Shown here piece after piece: positions 26,788 through 36,200 of a stretch of 64,000 bases of DNA. Location: assembly GCA_963761755.1 (NCBI GenBank), contig CAVXIC010000031.1, positions 154,776-218,775 on the forward strand. The letters are read 5' to 3'. The stretch's first letter is position 1, and the number at the start of each line of letters is the position of its first letter. This DNA comes from an uncultured bacterium. Lineage in GTDB: Bacteria; Myxococcota_A; Polyangia; Nannocystales; Nannocystaceae. Under the pieces are notes generated by a model. It saw only the letters and a program-made list of their open reading frames with translations, did not search any database and was not told where the DNA came from. Position numbers and translations under genes: made by a program.

Positions 26788-27657
26788 TCAGCGGGCGAGC
26801 AGGTGGTCGAGCAGCGGGCGGTGCACGTCCGCCTCCGCTTCCCCCATCTCGATCGTCTGGTCGAGCAGCTCGGGCTGCGTGTAGTCCCAGCGCTCGATCG
26901 GCACCGGCCGGGTGGGGGCGACGTACACCCGGTTGCCGTGGGCGCCCAATGCGTCGACCGGATAGGGGCGGGTGAGCAGGACCAAGTTGCCGCGCACCGC
27001 GGGGTGATCCTCGGCCACCCCGGCGGGCACGTTGTCGACCAGGGAACCATCGAGCAGCCGGGTGCCGCGGAAGCGACCCACCGGCGTGAACGGAGGTGTG
27101 GATGAGCTGGCGATCACCAGGTCGGCGAGCTCGTCGGGACTCGTGCACTCGCGCGCGTCGATGCGCATCGGACGAAAGCCCAGGCGGCGGCTCAGCTGCG
27201 GGTGCACGCGCGCCGGATCGAGGCGCTTTTCGAGGTTGTAGGCCCCAAAGCCGAGCAGCGCGCCGGCGGCTGCGGGCATCACCTTGGGGAACGCCGCGGT
27301 CAGCACCCACAGCGGAAACGGGGCGGCTTGGATCCGCTCCAGCCCACCGTCACTGTAGGCGCACAGCAGCGTGTCGCGGTAGATCGGCCCGTGCGGCGTG
27401 GGGGGTTGGCCCCGCAGGACCCGACTCCACTCGAAGTTCTTGGTGACGCCGGTGCGACGGGCCCGCCAGAAGTCTCGGGTGATGCGTTCACGCCCCGAGA
27501 GCCACAGCGTCGCGACGCAGGCGCCCGCGCTCACCGCCGCGACGGAGGCCAGCCGGGGTCGCAGGCGATCCTCCCAGGCATGCAGCAGTCCCAGCTGGTA
27601 GAAGGCTCGGTTGCCGCCGCCCGCGAAGGTGGCCGCGATGTTGCGCCGCGAGGCCAT
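26788..27657 (-). CDS. patatin-like phospholipase
   Basis: AGGGNRAFYQLGLL (GxGxxG), a VSAGA nucleophile motif, and LDGSLVDNVP (the DGG/A catalytic Asp). Confidence 0.75.
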   Translation of the reverse strand: MASRRNIAATFAGGGNRAFYQLGLLHAWEDRLRPRLASVAAVSAGACVATLWLSGRERITRDFWRARRTGVTKNFEWSRVLRGQPPTPHGPIYRDTLLCAYSDGGLERIQAAPFPLWVLTAAFPKVMPAAAGALLGFGAYNLEKRLDPARVHPQLSRRLGFRPMRIDARECTSPDELADLVIASSSTPPFTPVGRFRGTRLLDGSLVDNVPAGVAEDHPAVRGNLVLLTRPYPVDALGAHGNRVYVAPTRPVPIERWDYTQPELLDQTIEMGEAEADVHRPLLDHLLAR

Positions 27658-27702
27658 CGGCCGCACTTTGACGGCCCGAGGTCCTGGGCGCAAGCACGGG
27701 TT

Positions 27703-28083
27703 TCACGGCTCGTTCGGCGTCCGCGCGGCGAGCAGATCGATGCACAGCTCCAGGGCGTCGGTGGTGGTGAAGATTCCGACCGGTCTGCCGTCGCGCTCGA
27801 TCAGCGCGCTCCCGATCTTGTCGGCGTGCATCTTCGTGACGACCTCCTGCGCGGTCGTGGTCGCGTGGACGACGTAGGGGATGTCGGCCATGGCCTCGGA
27901 GACCTGGAGGGTCGCCGGGTCGGTGCCCAGGGAGGCGAGCCAGTCCACGTCGCGCTCGCTGATCACGCCGACGAGGCGGCCGCCGTCGAGCACCGGGAGA
28001 TGTCGGATCTGGTGGCCACGCATCTTGGTGGACGCGGTCTGCAGGCTCTGGTCCACGCCGACGGACACGGTCAAAGGACTCAT
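27703..28083 (-). CDS. CBS-pair domain protein
   Basis: Two CBS modules (..IRHLPVLDGGRLVGVISERDV.., ..GSALIERDGRPVGIFTTTDA..). An alternative start at 28161 is possible. Confidence 0.7.
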   Translation of the reverse strand: MSPLTVSVGVDQSLQTASTKMRGHQIRHLPVLDGGRLVGVISERDVDWLASLGTDPATLQVSEAMADIPYVVHATTTAQEVVTKMHADKIGSALIERDGRPVGIFTTTDALELCIDLLAARTPNEP

Positions 28084-28210
28084 GTACGAAGAAATCTCGA
28101 TGTCGCTGGACGCCGAGGATGCTCCTCTCCCGACCCAGGACGCGGACTCGTTGCGCTTCATCTCGCCAGCATGACGGACCTCCCTCGGAGGCGACCGGCA
28201 ATCGTTGCGC

Positions 28211-29683
28211 TCAGCCCTGAGGATGGGGCGCCATGATGTCGCGACGCTGGGCGGCCATCGGGTGTGCGTCGTCGAGGGTGACCCGGCCGCCGACGGTCTC
28301 GATCCCCAGGCGCTCGAACGTGTCTTCGACCCGCGGGAACCCCTCGGCCCCCAGCAAGCCGGCGGCAACCTCGGTGAACAAGGGCTTGCCGTACCAGGCG
28401 TCGAGTTCTTCGAGGAGGGTCTGGGCGGGCCACTTGTGCGTTGCGTCACCGCAGCACGCACGCAGGTGTCGCATGGCGTCGTCGAGGCTCCGCTCGCCGT
28501 CGGAGTCTTCTCGGACGGCCACGTCGAGCGCGAAGGCAACGGCCGCGCCGCCCCAGTAGACGCGCTGGTAGCCGAAGTTCTCGTGCATGCCCGCGCTCAC
28601 CTGCGCGAGGGTTCCAGGCCGCTGGGTGCGACGGCCGCGACCGAAGGCTTCGTAGAGTTCTTGCCAGCCCTCGCGCTCGTCGCGGTGCCCGGTCCGGGTG
28701 CGCTGCAGCTCGGTGTAGTAGCTCACCCATCCTTCCGCCATCCACGGCTCGTCGATGAACGGCATGCCGTGGTGCAGCAGCTCGTGGATGGTGGTCCATC
28801 CCCCCGGAAGCTCCGTGTCCTCGGCTTCGTCGTCCATGAGGATGTAGACGCCCGAGCCTCCGCCGCGACCGGCCATGCCGAAGTAGATCGGCCCGCCGCC
28901 GCCACCGTCGACCGGCAGGACCAACACCTGCAGATGCGCGCGGGGGTAGGTCCCATAGAGTTCGGCGGTGTTGAGCACCGCGTCGGTCGCCCACGCCCGC
29001 AGGCCGGCAGGGGTCGCGTGCATCGGGACATCGAGCGTCGCGACCTCGACCTGGGTGCCGCCGGCCTCGAAGCGCTGCAGACCCAGGGCTCCGAAGGCGT
29101 TGTAGCCGATCCACTGGAAGATCGTGGTGTCGAGCTCGTAGCGACACGTTCGCGCGCTGCGATCCTCCCCGGGCATGGGCGTCCACGGGACGGACGCGCC
29201 CACGCCCGGCGGCAGGTTGAGGGTCATGGTGACGCCGACGTCTTCGGGCAGCCCGCGCGGGTACCACAGCCACATGCTCTGTCGGAGCATCATGCTCTCG
29301 CCCTCGACCCGGGCGTGTCGCGAGAAGCCCTCGGCCCGGGACATCGCCGTTAGATCGACGGTGTAGTCGATGCAGTCGCCCGCCGAAACGCCCTGAAGGC
29401 TGAACGTTCGACCGGTGCGTGCGATCCGACGGCCGCCATGGCGAACGTGCTCGATGTAGTCCGCGGCGCGGGCGTTGGACGAGACGAGCCGGTCGCTGAC
29501 CGGCCCCTCCACGCACAGCCGGACCTCGATCCGGGTGACGTCGGGGTCGAGCGTCGCGGTGTAGTGCCAGGCCTGCTTGGCAGCGCTCTGCTCCGCACGT
29601 GGCGTGTTGGGCCCGTCTACGGGCGCTTTGCAGCCAATCGCCAGCAGGGGCAGGGCGCGCAGGAGCGGGCGAAGACGAGGCAC
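28211..29683 (-). CDS. Zn-metalloprotease lipoprotein (HExxH...E gluzincin-like)
   Basis: Lipobox LLAIGC. Contains TIHELLHHGMPF with a downstream Glu (EGWVSYY). Confidence 0.65.
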   Translation of the reverse strand: MPRLRPLLRALPLLAIGCKAPVDGPNTPRAEQSAAKQAWHYTATLDPDVTRIEVRLCVEGPVSDRLVSSNARAADYIEHVRHGGRRIARTGRTFSLQGVSAGDCIDYTVDLTAMSRAEGFSRHARVEGESMMLRQSMWLWYPRGLPEDVGVTMTLNLPPGVGASVPWTPMPGEDRSARTCRYELDTTIFQWIGYNAFGALGLQRFEAGGTQVEVATLDVPMHATPAGLRAWATDAVLNTAELYGTYPRAHLQVLVLPVDGGGGGPIYFGMAGRGGGSGVYILMDDEAEDTELPGGWTTIHELLHHGMPFIDEPWMAEGWVSYYTELQRTRTGHRDEREGWQELYEAFGRGRRTQRPGTLAQVSAGMHENFGYQRVYWGGAAVAFALDVAVREDSDGERSLDDAMRHLRACCGDATHKWPAQTLLEELDAWYGKPLFTEVAAGLLGAEGFPRVEDTFERLGIETVGGRVTLDDAHPMAAQRRDIMAPHPQG

Positions 29684-29981
29684 GAACGCGAGTTTGGCAC
29701 TGCGGGCCCTGCCGTGGCCACCGCGCCGGAACCCCCGAGGTCACCCGGCCCTACATCGGTCACCCCGGCCGTCTGGCCTTTGGGAATAGGCCCGGGCCCG
29801 GCGGGTTGCACTCATCGTCCGACCCGTCCCTTCGCGCGGCGTGCCTCGACGCCTGCGGCTGTCTTGTGGCAGCCTCGCGAGCGGATGCTGACGGTGGAGA
29901 TGGGCTCGATCGGTGCGCGGTGGCGCGATCGACTCCTGCCGTCCTGCCACCGGTGCGTCCAATCCCCGAACCCGTAGTCCG

Positions 29982-30779
29982 ATGACCGAGTTTCTCTCCA
30001 CCACGTTCAGCTTTCCGACGGTGATCTTCACCGTCCTGCTCGTCGTCTGTTGCGCGTACTGGCTGATGGTCATCGTCGGTGCCCTGGGCATCGACGCGCT
30101 CGACTTCGACTTCGACGGTCTCGACGGCGCCGCCGATGGAGCCGCGGAAGGGATCGTCGAAGGCGCCGCGGAGGGAGCCGCCGAGGGAGCCACCGAGGGT
30201 CTCGTCGAGGGGGCCACCGAGGGGGCCACCGAGGGCGTGTTCGATGGTGCCGCCACCGGCGTGAGCGAGGGCGCGGCCGAAGGCGCGAGCTTCGTGGGGA
30301 CTCTCTTCCTCACCTTCAAGCTCCGTCACGTCCCGATGACGCTCGTGCTCTCGGTGTGGCTGCTGTTCAGCTGGACCCTCAGCAGTCTGGCGCACGCATC
30401 CTTGATGCCGCAGCTCACGGCCCTTCCGGGCTGGCTGAGCGGGACGCTGGTCGTCTTGGGCTCGCTCGTCGTCTCGCTGCCGCTGACGTCGGTGCTCGTG
30501 CGCCCGCTGGGACGCGTGCTGAAGGTCGAGAAGCCCACCTCCAAGGGCGCGATCATCGGCCAGATCGTCAAGATCGACACCACCCGCGTCGACGCCGGCT
30601 TCGGCTCGGGCAAGGTGGAGGACGGTGGCGCGGGGCTCATCATTCGCGTGCGCTGCGACACCGACAATCGGCTCAGCCGCGGCAGCAAGGCGCTGGTGGT
30701 CTCCTACGACCCCAAGCGCGACGCCTACGAGGTCACGCCCGTCGACGACATGCTGCCTTCGGAGGCGAGCCGCACGTGA
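29982..30779 (+). CDS. YqiJ/NfeD-like membrane protein (TM helices, acidic EGAAEG tandem repeats, C-terminal OB-fold)
   Basis: N-terminal TM helix, then DALDFDFDGLDG plus (A/T)EGAAEG repeats, more TM helices, and a C-terminal OB-fold reading GQIVKIDTTRVDAGFGSGKVEDGGAGLIIRVRCD. Confidence 0.7.
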   Translation: MTEFLSTTFSFPTVIFTVLLVVCCAYWLMVIVGALGIDALDFDFDGLDGAADGAAEGIVEGAAEGAAEGATEGLVEGATEGATEGVFDGAATGVSEGAAEGASFVGTLFLTFKLRHVPMTLVLSVWLLFSWTLSSLAHASLMPQLTALPGWLSGTLVVLGSLVVSLPLTSVLVRPLGRVLKVEKPTSKGAIIGQIVKIDTTRVDAGFGSGKVEDGGAGLIIRVRCDTDNRLSRGSKALVVSYDPKRDAYEVTPVDDMLPSEASRT

Positions 30780-30912
30780 GCCCGTCGTCGCTCGTCTTTC
30801 CCCGTCTCCGTCATCGTCCCCATCCGTCCATCGTCGAGTCGTCTTCGTCCGCTGCCGTGCGCCGGACGGCGCGTTCAACCCACCCACACGTCCTCGGCCG
30901 CGCGCGGCCAGC

Positions 30913-30920
30913 AAAGGAGG
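30913..30920 (+). promoter_or_regulatory. Shine-Dalgarno AAAGGAGG 8 nt upstream of the flotillin ATG
   Basis: A perfect SD complement with appropriate spacing. Confidence 0.5.
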
Positions 30921-30928
30921 CCCCCATC

Positions 30929-33073
30929 ATGCCTAGTACCCAACTCCTGATCACCATCGGCGCCCTCATCGGCGGCATCCTGTTCTTCGGTCTGGGCATG
31001 ATCGCCCTGTACGCCAAGCTCTATCGCAAGGTCGATCAGGGCAAGGCGCTCATCGTCAACAAGACCTCCGACGTCCTGGTGTTCTTCACCGGTGGCCTCG
31101 TCATCCCGGTCATTCACCGCCACGAGACGATGGACATCTCGGTCAAGACGATCGAGATCGCCCGCATGAGCAAAGAGGGGCTCATCTGCAAGGACAACAT
31201 CCGCGCGGACATCAAGGTCACCTTCTTCGTGCGCGTCAACAAGACGCCCGAAGACGTGCTCAAGGTCGCGCAGTCCATCGGCACCGGTCGCGCGTCCGAC
31301 CAAGAGACGCTCGAGCAGCTCTTCATCGCCAAGTTCGCCGAAGCGCTCAAGACCGTCGGCAAGCAGCTCGACTTCGAGGAGCTGTACACCAAGCGGCACG
31401 TGTTCAAAGAGCAGATCATGGAGGTCATCGGCGACGACCTCAACGGCTACGTCCTCGACGACGCCGCGATCGACTACCTCGAGCAGACGCCCGTCGAGTC
31501 GCTCGACCACGACAACATCCTCGACGCCCGCGGTATCCGCAAGATCACCGAGATCACCGCGCAGCAGGCCGTTCATACCAACGAGCTGCGTCGTGACGCC
31601 GAGAAGAACACGCGCAAGAAGGACGTCGAGACCCGCGAGGCCATCTTGGAACTCGACCGGCAGCAGGCCGACGCCGAAGCCAAGCAAGCACGCGAGATCG
31701 CCACCGTGAAGGCCCGCGAAGAGGCCGAGACCGCCAAGGTCCAGTCCGAGGAGACCAAAAAATCCGAGCTGGCGCGGATCAAGCTCGAAGAAGAGGTCGC
31801 GATCAGCGAGGAGAACAAGCAGCGTCAGGTGCAGGTCGCCGGCAAGAACCGCGAGCGGGTGGTCGCCGTCGAACAAGAGCGGGTCCTCAAGGACCAGCAG
31901 CTCGAGAGCATCAGCCGCGAGCGAGAGACCGAACTCAAGCGCATCGACAAGGAAAAGGCGCTGGAGATCGAGAAGAAGGAGATCGAGGAGGTCATCCGCG
32001 CGCGCATCGTCGTGTACAAGACGCGCGTCGAGGAAGAAGAACGCATCAAGGACGTCCAGGTCATCGCGCTGGCCGACCGCGAGAAGAAGGCGACGATCAT
32101 CGCCGCCGAAGCCAAGGCCGAGGAGTCGTTGGTCGCCGAGATCAAGAAGGCGCAGGCCAATGAAGAGGCGGCCAAGTTCGAGGCCAAGCGTACGCTGACC
32201 CTCGCCGAGGCCTCCCTCGAGGCGAGCGACAAGGAGGCGCGGGCCAAGATTCGCCTCGCCGAAGGCATCCAGGCCGAGCAGGCCGCGACCGGCCTCGCCG
32301 AGGTCAAGGTCAAGGAAGCCGACGCCGTCGCGGTCGAGAAGCAAGGCGAGGCCAAGGCGCGCGTCACCAAGGGGCAGATGGTCGCCGAGGCCGAGGGGCG
32401 CGAAGCCCAGGGCATCGCGCTGGTGCGGGTCAAGGAAGCCGAAGCCGAGGCTGTGCGCAAGCAGGGCGAAGCGGAAGCGTCCGCGCGTCAGGCCATGATG
32501 CTGGCCGAAGCGCACGGCAAGGAAGCCGACGCGGTCGCCACCGAGAAGATGGGCGCGGCGCTGGCCGTCGAGCTGCGCGAGCGGGCCTTCGCCGAAGCGC
32601 AGGGGCTCGAGAAGAAGGCCGAAGCCATGGCCAAGCTCGACGAGCGCACCCGGGCGCACGAGGAGTTCCGCATCAAGCTGGACAAGGATGTCGAGGTCCG
32701 GATCAAGCAGATCGAGGCGCGCCAGAACATCGCCAAGGAGCAGGCCAAGGTCATGGCCGAAGCGATGGGCACGGCCAAGATCAACATCGTTGGCGGCGAC
32801 GGCGAGTTCTTCGACCGCTTCATCAACGCGGTCTCGATGGGCCAGGCGCTCGACGGCGTGATCAACAACTCCGACACCGCCCGCACGATGTTGGGCGAGT
32901 ACATCGACGGCGACCGGAGCCTGCCCGAGGACATCCGCGAGATCCTGTCGCGACCCAGCGTCGACGCGGGTGCCTTGAAGGACCTCACCGTCTCCGGGGC
33001 GCTCATGAAGCTGATGAGCAGTCTGGACGACGAGGGCAAGGCCAAGGTCCGCGGGCTGCTCGACAAGATCTAG
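30929..33073 (+). CDS. flotillin-family SPFH protein (YqiK/FloT-like), 714 aa with a very long EA-rich coiled coil
   Basis: N-terminal TM helix. The SPFH core reads GKALIVNKTSDVLVFFTGGLVIPVIH..; a Glu/Ala/Lys-rich heptad region of about 400 aa follows. Confidence 0.9.
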   Translation: MPSTQLLITIGALIGGILFFGLGMIALYAKLYRKVDQGKALIVNKTSDVLVFFTGGLVIPVIHRHETMDISVKTIEIARMSKEGLICKDNIRADIKVTFFVRVNKTPEDVLKVAQSIGTGRASDQETLEQLFIAKFAEALKTVGKQLDFEELYTKRHVFKEQIMEVIGDDLNGYVLDDAAIDYLEQTPVESLDHDNILDARGIRKITEITAQQAVHTNELRRDAEKNTRKKDVETREAILELDRQQADAEAKQAREIATVKAREEAETAKVQSEETKKSELARIKLEEEVAISEENKQRQVQVAGKNRERVVAVEQERVLKDQQLESISRERETELKRIDKEKALEIEKKEIEEVIRARIVVYKTRVEEEERIKDVQVIALADREKKATIIAAEAKAEESLVAEIKKAQANEEAAKFEAKRTLTLAEASLEASDKEARAKIRLAEGIQAEQAATGLAEVKVKEADAVAVEKQGEAKARVTKGQMVAEAEGREAQGIALVRVKEAEAEAVRKQGEAEASARQAMMLAEAHGKEADAVATEKMGAALAVELRERAFAEAQGLEKKAEAMAKLDERTRAHEEFRIKLDKDVEVRIKQIEARQNIAKEQAKVMAEAMGTAKINIVGGDGEFFDRFINAVSMGQALDGVINNSDTARTMLGEYIDGDRSLPEDIREILSRPSVDAGALKDLTVSGALMKLMSSLDDEGKAKVRGLLDKI

Positions 33074-33215
33074 TCTGGGCAGGGGCCTTTCGCACTGTTT
33101 GGCGCAGGCCCCTCGCTGTGGCGGCAAGACCGCCTCCGCTTCACCCCAAACGGGCGCCCCGTAGGGCGCCACCTCCGGGCGGTCGCGATTGTGGGCGACG
33201 GCAGAGTTTTCGATC

Positions 33216-36200
33216 ATGGCTGAAGAGAAACAAGCATCCGCTGAACCGACCGCCGCCGAGGGGACCGAAGAGGTCGGAGGCAGCTACGACGTCATCCGTG
33301 AACGGCTGGTGGCGCAGGCCAAGGAGTTGGCCCAGCGAGCGGGCAAGCTCAACGAAGCGCGGGTCGCCGAGTTTGGTGGGACCGAGCTCGCCGTGATCGG
33401 CAACGAGCGGGTGCGGACCGAGAACAACTGCTTGCCGCGCGACATCCTGCAGGTCGGTGGGCGGCTGCTGTTCGGCTACAACGTCTTCTTGGGTCTGCGT
33501 TCTGAGACCAACGCCTCGGACGTGTTCAGCCTGCACAACTTTGCGCAGGACGGCGAGACCTTCGATGTCTCCGCGGTGTCGTTCGAGGCCGGGGGCCCCG
33601 GCTTCCTGGCCAACGACGCGTTCCAGGCCCAGTTCAACGAGCTGTACTCGTTCTACAAGGAGGCTCGGCTGATCGCGCTGACCCGCAGCGAGACCAAGGC
33701 GTTGGCGGTGTTCCAGATCGGCGCGTCGGTGTCGGACGTGCGGGTGTTCCGGTGGACGATGGATGCCCAGGGGCAGCCGACGTATCAGGACAACCGGGGC
33801 GAGCGTGACTACGACTTTCCGCCCCAGCACGACTTCGAGTGGACGCGGTGCACCCGCGACCATCAGGTCGCCGGCGCCTACCCGCACATCTCGATCGAGG
33901 ACGAAGTCTTCGTGGAGACCACCGGCGGCGACCTCACGATCAAGGTCGAGAACAACACCGCATCCGGAGAGGGTATCTACGCCGAGCCGGTCGACGAGGC
34001 GGACCAGACGCTCGACGACGCCGAGTTCGAGTACGCGCGCGTGGGTCCGCTGATTCTGCTGCGGATCCTCCCGTACCGCGAAGAGGTGCGGCGTCACCTC
34101 GTGTTCTCGACCCGATCACACTCGGTCGTGCGCATCGACGCGATGGGCCAAGCCTGCGTGAGCCTGCCCGAGGACCACGGGGTGATGTTCCCCGGCGGCT
34201 ACTTCCTGCAGGACGGCCAGTACAAGGTCTTCGACGGGGACTTCGCCAACTACGAGTTCCAGCGCGCCACCCGTTCGCCCAACGGGGAGGACGTCCTGTA
34301 CGTGTTCCACAACCGCAGCACGGGCACGTACACGCTCTTCCCCTACAACATGATCCGCCGCGAGGTGCAAAACCCGATCCGGTGCTCGGGGTACTCCCTG
34401 TTCGACGATGGGCGCATGGTCGTGTTCCGCTTTACCGGCGACGAGCCCACGCGCGTGCACCCGATGCAGGTGTGGCAGACCCCGTTCGTCAGCGACGAGT
34501 TTGCGGCGGCGGCCCCCTCGTCGGACTCGATGCTGGGCAAGATCGGCAACGCCGATCTGGTCCGCGGGATCTCGGACTGTCTGTCGATCAAGCGCTACGT
34601 CGACGAGCAGGCCCCTTCGCGAAAGGTCTACGAGGACCTCATCTCCAACCTCACGCGCGCCATCGATGCGTACTACTGGCTCGCAGAGGCGGACACCTTC
34701 GACCTCAAGAGCGTGTTGCTCGAGATCCGTGGCACCGCGGAGCTGATCGTCGACGAGTTCGAGAAGGTCGTCGCGATCCGCAAGCAGGCGCGCGAGACGC
34801 TGGAGGAGGCCGCGGCCAAGCAGGAGGCCTTGATCCGCGACATGCGACCCGAGAGCTGGACCCGGGTGGACCAGTTCATGGACGCGCTGACCCAGCTTCG
34901 GACCCAGCGCGGGCATCTCATCACGATGAAGGAGATGCGCTACATGGACCTGGCCCGGGTCGACGAACTCGAGGCGCAGGTCGTGGAGCACTTCGACCGC
35001 CTGTCCCAGGACACCGTCGGATTCCTGCTCGAGGAGGACTCGCTCGCGCCGCTCTCGAACGAGCTCGAGCGCCTGCTCGAACGCTGCCAGAAGGTCGAGA
35101 AGACCAACGAGTTCGTTCCGCTTCGCGAGGAGCTGGACCGCGTCTCGGACGGCCTCAACGTGCTCTCCGACGTCGCGGCCAACCTCCAGGTCGACGACCC
35201 GACCGCACGCACGCGAATCCTCGAGCAGATCAGCGAGGTCTTTGCCCACCAAAACCGAGTCCGCGCCACGCTCGCCGGACGCCGCAAGGAGCTGCTCTCC
35301 GTCGAGGGCAAGGCCGAGTTCGGGGCGCAGTTCAAGCTCTTTGGCCAGTCGGTACAGAGCGCGATCGGCCTCGCGGACACGCCAGAGAAGTGCGACGAGC
35401 AGCTCTCGCGCCTGATGGTGCAGCTCGAGGAGCTCGAGGGGAAGTTCTCCGAGTTCGACGAGTTCATCGGGGAGCTCGCGCAGAAGCGCGAAGAGGTCTA
35501 CGAGGCCCTCGGACAGAAGAAACAGCAGCTGCTCGACGAGCGCCAGCGCCGGGTTCAGAACCTGTGGGGCGCCGCCGAGCGCATCCTTCAGGGCGTCTCG
35601 CGGCGCGCGTCGGCGTTCAAGGAGGTGGACCAGCTCAACGCCTACTTCGCCTCCGACGCGATGATCCTCAAGGTGCGCGACCTCTCCCAGCGCATCCTCG
35701 ATCTGGGCGACACGGTCAAGGCGGACGAGGTGCAAAGCCGCCTCAAGTCGGCCAAGCAAGACGCGCTGCGGGGCCTTCGGGATCGCTCCGAGCTGTTCGA
35801 CGGCGACGACAACCTGCTCAAGCTCGGGCACCACCGCTTCACGGTGAACACCCAGCCGCTCGAGCTGACGGTGCTGCCCAAGGACGATGGCATGGCGATC
35901 TCGATCTCGGGCACCGACTTCATGGAGCCGGTGACCGACGAGGCCTTCTTGGCCACGAAGGACTACTGGTCGCAGACGCTGATCTCGGAGACGAAGGCGG
36001 TCTATCGAGGGGAGTATCTGGCCGCGTCGATCCTCTTCGACGCCGAGGCGGACCGCGAGGGGCTCTCGATGGCGGCCCTGCACGCGGCCCAGCGCGAAGA
36101 GGGCGGCCTGCTCGCGCTCGTTCGCACCGTCTCTGGCAGCCGCTACCAGGAGGGCTACGAGCGCGGCGTCCACGATGCCGACGCGGCGGCGATCCTGGAG

